Part shown: positions 57,023 through 64,000 of the stretch, one piece after another
Position numbering within the stretch: position 1 is the first letter of the stretch
How the letters are laid out: each line of letters opens with the position of its first letter
Origin: Vicinamibacteria bacterium
GTDB taxonomy: Bacteria > Acidobacteriota > Vicinamibacteria > Marinacidobacterales > Marinacidobacteraceae
NCBI GenBank assembly: GCA_964291235.2
Contig: OZ219816.1
Location: 736,001-800,000 of the forward strand
Direction: 5' to 3'
Length of the DNA stretch: 64,000 bases
The notes under the pieces: generated by a model
What the model saw: the letters and a program-made list of their open reading frames with translations, nothing else
The model's database searches: none
What the model was told of the DNA's origin: nothing
Position numbers and translations under genes: made by a program

Positions 57023-58182
57023 CCCATCCGGAACCCGGCGACCCAACCCGGGTTTCGGCCGATCTGGCGGTTGTCGGGGCCGGGCTCGCGGGATTGCAGT
57101 GCGCCCGCCTGGTTGCCGAGGCCGGGTTCTCGGTCTGTCTGCTGGACCGGAAAAAGGACCTGGCGGAGCGTGTCCACACCACCGGGATCTTCGTCCGCAA
57201 ATCGCTCGAGGACTTCGATCTGCCGGCGCGATGCCTCGGTCCGCCGATCCGCACCGTCGCGCTCTATTCGCCGGCCCGGCGCGTGGTCCGGCTCTCGAGT
57301 CCGCGTGACGAATTCCGGGTGGGGCGGATGGGCGCCCTCTACCGGGAGCTGCTCGATCGCTGCCTCGGCGCGGGTGTCCGTTTCCTGTCCGGCACCCGCT
57401 ACCGCGGGTTCCGGCGGGCTGGGCCGGGGCTCGTGGTCCAGGCGGAACGCGAGGGATCCGGCCTTGAGCTCGCAACGTGTTTCCTGGTGGGGGCCGACGG
57501 CGCGAACTCCCAGGTGGGCCGGGATCTCGGGCTGGATTCCAACACCGAGTGGCTGGTGGGCCTGGAGTCGGTCTATGAAGGGGTTCCCTTCTCGGGACCG
57601 GCGACCCTGCACTGCTTTCTGGATCCCCGGATCGCGCCGGGGTACCTGGCGTGGGTGGTTCAGGACGGTGAGGAAACCCACGTGGGCGTGGGGGGCTATC
57701 CGGACCGTTTCAAGCCGCAGAGCGCGTTGGCCGAGTTCACCTCCAGCCTGGACGGTCGCTTCGCCCTAGCTCGGGGGCGGCTCCTCGAACAGCGCGGAGG
57801 CCGGATTCCGGTAGGCGGCGTGCTGCGCCGCATCGGCAGGGACGACGGCCTGTTGGTTGGCGACGCGGCGGGAGCGGTCTCGCCGCTCACGGCCGGCGGT
57901 TTCGACGCCTGCCTGCGTCTCTCGAGGCACGCGGCCGATCTCATCGTGCGGCGCTTCGAGACCGGTGATCCGGGAGTCCTGACGTCCTATTCGGGACGCC
58001 GGCTCCGGGCCCGATTCCTTTCCCGCCGCTGGATGCGCGCGCTGCTCTCGGGAATCCGGAACCCGGTCGCGATGGAGTTGGCCTGCCTGCTCCTCCGGCG
58101 GCCCCCGTTCCGCAATTTCGCGTGGCAGGTTTTCTTCCGGCGCCGCTCCTTTCCGGACGTGGATCCGTCCTCCGGGGCATAA
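57019..58182 (+). CDS. FAD-dependent oxidoreductase (geranylgeranyl reductase-like)
   Basis: VVGAGLAG, VGADG, LVGDAAG.VSPLTAGG. Confidence 0.85.
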   Translation: MTHPEPGDPTRVSADLAVVGAGLAGLQCARLVAEAGFSVCLLDRKKDLAERVHTTGIFVRKSLEDFDLPARCLGPPIRTVALYSPARRVVRLSSPRDEFRVGRMGALYRELLDRCLGAGVRFLSGTRYRGFRRAGPGLVVQAEREGSGLELATCFLVGADGANSQVGRDLGLDSNTEWLVGLESVYEGVPFSGPATLHCFLDPRIAPGYLAWVVQDGEETHVGVGGYPDRFKPQSALAEFTSSLDGRFALARGRLLEQRGGRIPVGGVLRRIGRDDGLLVGDAAGAVSPLTAGGFDACLRLSRHAADLIVRRFETGDPGVLTSYSGRRLRARFLSRRWMRALLSGIRNPVAMELACLLLRRPPFRNFAWQVFFRRRSFPDVDPSSGA

Positions 58183-58192
58183 TTCGCGCGCC

Positions 58193-58978
58193 GTGACCGC
58201 GTCTGTCTTTTCGCTCGCCGGAATGGACGTGGTGGTCATCGGCGGGGCTTCCGGGATCGGCGAAGCGAGCGGCCGCCTCGCCGCGGACTGCGGAGCGCGG
58301 GTCGTGGTCGCCGACCGGGACCAGGAAGCCGCCGCCGGGGTCGCGGCCGGGATCGGCGCCGCCGGGGGGACTGCCGTCTCCCGCGAAGTGGATATCCGAT
58401 CCGGTGCGTCGGTCGAGAATCTCTTCCGGGGTCTTGAGTCCGACGGATTCCAGCCGCGCGGACTCGTCTCCACCCCCGGGGTAAACGTCAGAAAGCGCCT
58501 CGCCGACACCAGCGAGGATGAGTTCGAGCGGGTGGTGTCCCTCAATCTGAAGGGAACCTTTTACGCCCTCCGCCACGGAGCGGCGAGCCTCGCCCGCTCC
58601 GGCGGCGGCAGCATCGTGCTGCTCTCCTCGATCCGCTCGCAGGTGGTGGAGCCGGGCCAGGGGGTGTACGCCGCGACCAAGGCGGGCATCGTGCAGCTTG
58701 CCCGCACCGCGGCGGCCGAGTGGGCCCGATCGGGGGTTCGCGTGAATGCCCTCGCTCCGGGGGTGGTGGAGACCCCGCTGACCGCGCCCATCGAGCAGCG
58801 GCCGGACTGGAAGCAGGCCTACACCGACAAGACCCTGCTCGGCCGCTGGGCAAGCGCGGACGAGATGGCCGCGCCGGCCGTGTTCCTGCTCTCCCCGGCG
58901 GCGAGCTACGTCACCGGCTCGGTCCTCTTCGCGGACGGCGGCTGGACCGCGGTTGACGGACGTTTCGACCCGCTCTGA
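58193..58978 (+). CDS. SDR family oxidoreductase
   Basis: GGASGIG, YAATK, VRVNALAPG, DGG. Confidence 0.9.
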   Translation: MTASVFSLAGMDVVVIGGASGIGEASGRLAADCGARVVVADRDQEAAAGVAAGIGAAGGTAVSREVDIRSGASVENLFRGLESDGFQPRGLVSTPGVNVRKRLADTSEDEFERVVSLNLKGTFYALRHGAASLARSGGGSIVLLSSIRSQVVEPGQGVYAATKAGIVQLARTAAAEWARSGVRVNALAPGVVETPLTAPIEQRPDWKQAYTDKTLLGRWASADEMAAPAVFLLSPAASYVTGSVLFADGGWTAVDGRFDPL

Positions 58979-59029
58979 GGCGGTCGCCCGGCGGCGTGAA
59001 TGCCGCGTCGGGACTACCTGCCGACGCTG

Positions 59030-59092
59030 GCAGCCTGTGGTGAAACCCCCGTGAGCCCCGAGAGTGGCCGCGGGGGTGTTGCCCCAGGCTGC
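59030..59092. terminator. Long imperfect hairpin between convergent genes; member of a dispersed repeat family
   Basis: GCAGCCTGTGGTGAAACCCCCG...CGGGGGTGTTGCCCCAGGCTGC. Confidence 0.55.
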
Positions 59093-62000
59093 TAGACGTA
59101 GAGCAGTACGGCCCGCGCTGGATGGCCGGTGGCTCGTTCTACCGCCCGGGCGTAGAGACTGACCTGGCGCCGGTAACGCGCCTCGCGGGCCTGGAATTCC
59201 GGGTCGTCCGCCGTCTCGCCGTCCGGGCGGGAGTCCGTCTTGAAATCGAGCACCGTCCACGTCCCGCCGGCCGTGTCCTGGAAGACCAGGTCGGCGATCC
59301 CCTCCACCAGGGTCGGATGCATCCCGTTCGCGGGCGCGGCGGCGAGTGCGGCATCCGCGAAGGCCGCCGCACCCGTCCCTCCCTCGAATCCCTCACCGAA
59401 TCCCTCGTCAAATCCCCCAGCGAATCCGTCGTCAACACCCTCGTTTGGCAGGGTGGACGCGGTTTCGAACGCCGCTGTCGGAGCTTCGCTCGCCGCGGGT
59501 TCGGGCGCACCATGCTCGAAGTGCAGGAGCGGCAGTTCCCGGTAACACGCCCCGTGCTCTTCCGCCTGCCGCGCTTCGGCGAGCAGGGGGTGGGTGAGAG
59601 CGGCTGCCACCGCCTTCGTCGCCGAGGCGGCCAGTTCCTCCGGCAGGTCGAGCTCGCGGGCGGACCGCGTCGCTTCTCCCTGGATCGAAGGCGCGGCGGC
59701 GTCCAGCGGAATTCGCTCGAGCACGCGGTGGACAAGTTCGCCGAAGGCCAACCCGGCGGACCGATTCGAATCCCGCGGCAAGCTCTCGACATCAACGGGT
59801 CCGGCCTCGGCCTCGAGGGCGGCCAACCCCGTCGCCGAGACGACTCGGCGGCTGGGAGTGCGCCCCTGGTCCAGGGCTCGTGTTCGCCCGGCGAGGAACT
59901 CCGCTTCGGCCGCTCTCCCCGCCGCTGGCGCCCGGGCGCGCGCATCGGCTCGCAGCAGGTCCCATAGCGGGTTGTTGCTCCTGCCCCTTTCCGGCGCTCC
60001 CGGTGGACCGGGGTCGGTGACCCGGTGCGAAGCGTCGCGCCCCAGCAGTGGTTTGAGCCCCGCGGCTACCGGCGCCAGCAGGCTTTCCGGCGGAAACTGC
60101 CCCTCGGCCACCGGCGCCGCCAGCAGATCCCGGGCCCGGGTCATCGCGACGTAGAGCAACCGGTCCAGTTCCGCGAGTTCCTCTGCCTCTTCGGCCGGAG
60201 TTCCCTCGACGAGATCCCACGGAATGATGCCGGCCCCGAGGTCACAGGCGTAGAGCCGCTCTTCGGAATTCACCACCCGGCTCGCCCGGCCGCTCCGCTG
60301 GAAAGCCCCGTCGCAAAGGATCACGACCGGGAACTCGAGACCCTTGGCGTTGTGGGTGGTCATGATCCGCACCCCGCTGACGTCCTCATCGATGGCGTGC
60401 GCCGATCCGGCATCGGGATCCTCCGCTTCCGCGGCCAGTTGCTCCACGAAGGCGCGGAACGAAAGCCCTCCCCGCGCCTCGAAGGCACGCGCCGCCTCGG
60501 CCAGCCGGCGCAGGTTCGAGAGCACCTGATCCGGAGCATCCCAGAATGCGAACCCGGTTTCCGCGCGGTGCCGGCCCAGTAGCTCCTGGAGCGTTACGGC
60601 GATCGGCTGGTGGGTGCGGCGCCGGTGGAGGCGGTAGAGGAAAGCGAGCCCGTCCCGGATTGTCCGGTCCATCGTTCCGCTCGACGCCGCCGATTCGTCG
60701 TCGAGTCCGAGTAGCCGGGCCCGGGCCGGATGCAGTCGGATCTCGGGATGACGCTCGCGGAAGAGGAACAGATCCTGGTCCGGGATCGCGAACAGCGGAC
60801 CCCGGAGCGCGGCATAGACGCTCAGTTCGTCCTCGGGAAACTCGATGGCGGTCAGCGCCGCGCGCAGCAAGGACAGCTCGGCGCTGCCGATGTACGTCTG
60901 CACCGCCGCCAGCGAATGGGAAACGCCGAAATCCCGCAGGGCATCGGCGTAGGGCTGGGGGACCAGCCGCCCGTAGTTCCGAAAGCGCCGGAACAACAGG
61001 CAGATGTCGCTCGGCTCCACCGGACGCGGCGAAGCTCCATCTGCCGGCGAGACGCGGAAGCCGCTATCGATGAGTCCTCTGACAAAACGGGCAACCGCGC
61101 CCGGCTCCTGCTCCTCGAGTTGGCGGAGGTAGGGAGCGTGCGCCAGCGGAATGGCGGCGAGGGCGGGGCCCTGCGGCAAGGCTTCCCGGGAAGAGTGGAG
61201 CGGGACGTAGTCCACCTGGCGGGCGAGCCCGGAGAATCCCGGCCCCTCCTCGAACCGCGGCCGCAGCGTGCGGTTCACGAAATCGCAGATTTCCGGAACG
61301 GAGCGGAAATTCGTGGTCAGCCGAACCTCGGCGGCGCCGCTCGCCAGCAGGCGCTCCTTGACGGCGAGATAGTGAGAGACGTCGGCGCGCCGGAAACGGT
61401 AAATGGACTGTTTGGGATCCCCTACCAGACAGAGTCGTCCGGGCACCGGAATCGCCGCCCGCCAGTTGCCGTCCGGCGGTTCGTCGGCGGTCAGCAACAG
61501 GATGATCTCCGTCTGGATCGGGTCGGTGTCCTGGTATTCGTCCACCACCAGGTGCCGGAAGCGCCCCCCGAGTTCCCGGCGGACCCCCGCGTGGTCCCGG
61601 AGCAGGCTGCGGGTTCGGAGCAGCAGATCGTCGAAGTCCAGGAGACCGGCTCGTTGTTTGGCGTTCTCGTACGCCTCGACCAGGCCCCGCAGGTCCTCGC
61701 GCAGCAGGGCTGCGAGGTCGGCGTTGCTCGCCTGCTGGAAGGCGAGCAGGCGGGTGCGGAATCCGTCGCGCCATTTGCGGGTGTGGGGAAACCCGGTTGG
61801 GGTGCGCCCGCCGTATCCGGGAACCTTGAGTTCCGCGAGCGCCTGCTCGATCCAGTCGAGATCTCGCCCGGAGGCGGCCTCCCGCACCCGGATCTCACGG
61901 CCAAGGTCCGCGGCCGCCGCGAGGGAACGGATCAGCCAGTTGGGTCTCGCTCCCGGGGGATCCTTGGGGAGCGATCGGTAGAGCTCCTCGATCATGAAGA

Positions 62001-62673
62001 GGGAAGGGACCTGTTCGCGCTCCTTGCCGGCGGGTTGCTCCACGAGTTCCCGGACGGCCTGCTCCGGATTCCATTCCCGCCGCCTCCACGGGGCGTCCAG
62101 ATTCCGGTAGTCCAGAAGACGGAGTCCGGCCTGGCGGAGGATGTCCACCGGGCTTACTGCGGGGCTGCGGCTCCGGCGCAGGAGGCGCGCGACTCCCTTA
62201 CCGGGGTTTTCGAGCTGTGCGTCCACGAAGCGGCGGAACGTGCGGTCGAAAAACCCCTTCTGTTCCGCGATCGTCAGAATCTCGAAGTCGGGGTCCACCC
62301 CGGCCTCGATGGGACGTTCCCGCAGGATCGTGGCGCAAAACGCATGGATCGTTCCGATGGATGCCTCTTCAAGCTGCGCGAGCGCCTGCTCGAGGCGCTG
62401 CCTCGCGGGAACCGCCTCAGGGCCGGTACCCGCGCCTTCGATCCGGGCTTCGAGTCGCTGCCGGATTCTGAGCCGCAGCTCCCCCGCGGCTTTTTCGGTA
62501 AAGGTAATGGCGGCAATCTGTCCGATGCGGGCGGTCCCGGCGGCGACCATTTCGACCACCCTGTCAACCACCGAGGTGGTCTTCCCGGTGCCGGCGGCCG
62601 CCTCCACGATCAGCGTCGTGTCATGGTCGGTGCGGATCCTTTCCCGGGCCCGGGCGTCCGGAAGGGGGCTCAC
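59092..62673 (-). CDS. addA: AddA-like UvrD helicase-RecB-type nuclease
   Basis: AAAGTGKT, TFTEKAA, VDEYQD, GDPKQSIYRFR, KGLEF, YVAMTRA, GIADLV..DFKT. Confidence 0.9.
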   Translation of the reverse strand: MSPLPDARARERIRTDHDTTLIVEAAAGTGKTTSVVDRVVEMVAAGTARIGQIAAITFTEKAAGELRLRIRQRLEARIEGAGTGPEAVPARQRLEQALAQLEEASIGTIHAFCATILRERPIEAGVDPDFEILTIAEQKGFFDRTFRRFVDAQLENPGKGVARLLRRSRSPAVSPVDILRQAGLRLLDYRNLDAPWRRREWNPEQAVRELVEQPAGKEREQVPSLFMIEELYRSLPKDPPGARPNWLIRSLAAAADLGREIRVREAASGRDLDWIEQALAELKVPGYGGRTPTGFPHTRKWRDGFRTRLLAFQQASNADLAALLREDLRGLVEAYENAKQRAGLLDFDDLLLRTRSLLRDHAGVRRELGGRFRHLVVDEYQDTDPIQTEIILLLTADEPPDGNWRAAIPVPGRLCLVGDPKQSIYRFRRADVSHYLAVKERLLASGAAEVRLTTNFRSVPEICDFVNRTLRPRFEEGPGFSGLARQVDYVPLHSSREALPQGPALAAIPLAHAPYLRQLEEQEPGAVARFVRGLIDSGFRVSPADGASPRPVEPSDICLLFRRFRNYGRLVPQPYADALRDFGVSHSLAAVQTYIGSAELSLLRAALTAIEFPEDELSVYAALRGPLFAIPDQDLFLFRERHPEIRLHPARARLLGLDDESAASSGTMDRTIRDGLAFLYRLHRRRTHQPIAVTLQELLGRHRAETGFAFWDAPDQVLSNLRRLAEAARAFEARGGLSFRAFVEQLAAEAEDPDAGSAHAIDEDVSGVRIMTTHNAKGLEFPVVILCDGAFQRSGRASRVVNSEERLYACDLGAGIIPWDLVEGTPAEEAEELAELDRLLYVAMTRARDLLAAPVAEGQFPPESLLAPVAAGLKPLLGRDASHRVTDPGPPGAPERGRSNNPLWDLLRADARARAPAAGRAAEAEFLAGRTRALDQGRTPSRRVVSATGLAALEAEAGPVDVESLPRDSNRSAGLAFGELVHRVLERIPLDAAAPSIQGEATRSARELDLPEELAASATKAVAAALTHPLLAEARQAEEHGACYRELPLLHFEHGAPEPAASEAPTAAFETASTLPNEGVDDGFAGGFDEGFGEGFEGGTGAAAFADAALAAAPANGMHPTLVEGIADLVFQDTAGGTWTVLDFKTDSRPDGETADDPEFQAREARYRRQVSLYARAVERATGHPARAVLLYV

Positions 62674-64000
62674 GGCAGGCTCCGAATGGCGATGACTTCG
62701 TCGAGGGCGCTGGCGAATCCGGCCCGGGCCTTCGTGCGTTCGTACCCGGCGGGTCGCGGTCCGCACACCGGAAGGTAGTCACAGTATTTGCACACCGAGT
62801 AGGACACGGCCGGGTTCGGCAGCGCGGGGAAGCGCCCGTCGCGAATCGCCCGGTCGATCCCGGCGACGAACGACTCGAAAACGGCCCGGGAGCGCTCGCT
62901 CGCAGCGTCCACCTGGGTGTGGAGATACGCGCCGCGGATGGTCGCGTAGTAGAGCCGGCCGGAGGCCGCCGGCGCTCCGGACAGCGCCTCGTAGGCCAGC
63001 GCGTAGAGGAGCGGCTGGAGAGCCCGTCCTCCGAAGAGGACATCGGATTCGCCGGTGGATTCGATCGATGCCTTGCCCGTCTTGTAGTCGGTGATCTGAA
63101 CGCTGCCGTCCGGGAGCTTTTCCACCACGTCAATCGCGCCGTGGAGGCGCAGCCCGCCCGGGAGCACCGCCGCTTCGGTTCGGCTGGCCGGGTCGGCCGG
63201 TTGCTTCGCTCCCATGCCGAAGGTCAGTTCGTTGGCGAGCGGCACTCTTCCGGTGCCGGCGTAACGCTCCAGGAAACCCCGCAGGTCGCCGAGCAGTCCA
63301 TCCATCTGGTCCTGCCAGATGCGGTCGATGACGGGCGCCACGCGCTCCCTCACCTCGGCCTCGACCCGCCAGAACACCTCCGTGAGGACGTCGAAAGCCT
63401 CAAGGAGCCGCTCCTCGCGGAGCGGGGCCAGGTTTCGTTCGCGGAGTTCGTGCCCGAGGTGGAAGAACACGTCATGCAGCAGCGAGCCCCGCGTGAGCGG
63501 ATCCAGGTGGATCAGGGCTTCGGGGCGCTCGACCGGCCTCAGCCGGAGGAGGTTCTTGAGAAAAAACTGATACGGACAGGTCGCATAGGCCTCGAGTCCG
63601 GTTGCCGAGAAAGAGCGGTTTCCCGGCCGGTGTCGGTCGAGTGCCGTCACGGCGTCCCGGTCGGGGTACAAGAAGCCGTCGGGTGACTGCCACTTCCACT
63701 GCCCGCGCATGTATTCCTGGCGCAGCGCGCGCGCCAGGGTCGGGTCCGAGAGCAGGTAGGCTGCGGTTCCGTGACCGCCGGAGCGTTCCTCCGGCCGTCC
63801 CAGGGCCGGAGCGACCTGCGCGAGGTCGAATTCGCGGCGATCGATGGCGAGCGAATCGCGGCGCGGAGCGCGAATTCCGCGGATGACCTCGCTCTCCCGG
63901 CCGGCCTGGGACCGGATTTCGCTGAGCGTGGGGACCTTCCCCAGACCGGCTCGGAACGCTTCCGCCAGGTAGTACGACGGCACCTGCGGCCGACCCTCGA
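62670..64000 (-). CDS. addB: AddB-like PD-(D/E)XK nuclease with Fe-S cysteines; 5' part outside window
   Basis: FSATGLEAYATCPYQF, GAIDVV, DYKTG, CKYCDYLPVC. Confidence 0.85.
   Translation of the reverse strand, partial: EGRPQVPSYYLAEAFRAGLGKVPTLSEIRSQAGRESEVIRGIRAPRRDSLAIDRREFDLAQVAPALGRPEERSGGHGTAAYLLSDPTLARALRQEYMRGQWKWQSPDGFLYPDRDAVTALDRHRPGNRSFSATGLEAYATCPYQFFLKNLLRLRPVERPEALIHLDPLTRGSLLHDVFFHLGHELRERNLAPLREERLLEAFDVLTEVFWRVEAEVRERVAPVIDRIWQDQMDGLLGDLRGFLERYAGTGRVPLANELTFGMGAKQPADPASRTEAAVLPGGLRLHGAIDVVEKLPDGSVQITDYKTGKASIESTGESDVLFGGRALQPLLYALAYEALSGAPAASGRLYYATIRGAYLHTQVDAASERSRAVFESFVAGIDRAIRDGRFPALPNPAVSYSVCKYCDYLPVCGPRPAGYERTKARAGFASALDEVIAIRSLP

Overview
High-GC bacterial chromosomal window. 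The gene repertoire (VPS10/BNR glycosyl hydrolase, Tat-exported amidohydrolase and class V aminotransferase, TonB receptor, AddAB-like pair) suggests an Acidobacteriota/Gemmatimonadota-like diderm; this is inference only. Core content: hydrolases, transporters, a putative peptidoglycan-recycling operon (serine hydrolase-VanX fusion, SSS symporter, AmpG), a cobamide salvage cluster (cobT, cobS, cobC, cobO, cobU, btuFCD-like) and addAB. Main accessory signal: an ~8.8 kb integrative mobilizable element (17892-26722) with a P4-like tyrosine integrase, its own IHF/HU protein and a ColE1-type mbeCABD/oriT module. It is bounded by a 15-bp direct repeat that is part of a host REP-like palindrome rather than a tRNA, and has exact IHF consensus sites inside both ends. 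Its largest cargo gene is a predicted surface lipoprotein whose signal peptide is put out of frame by an (AC)11 tract, which suggests phase variation. Other unusual items: an uncharacterised two-gene HTH/PLD-like (HDR) cassette behind an AT-richer leader, four tandem ArsR copies (two intact, two decayed), a 188-bp REP-containing tandem array and an NCS2 permease fused to a degenerate HATPase-like domain. All assignments come from motifs read by eye; no database searches were run.
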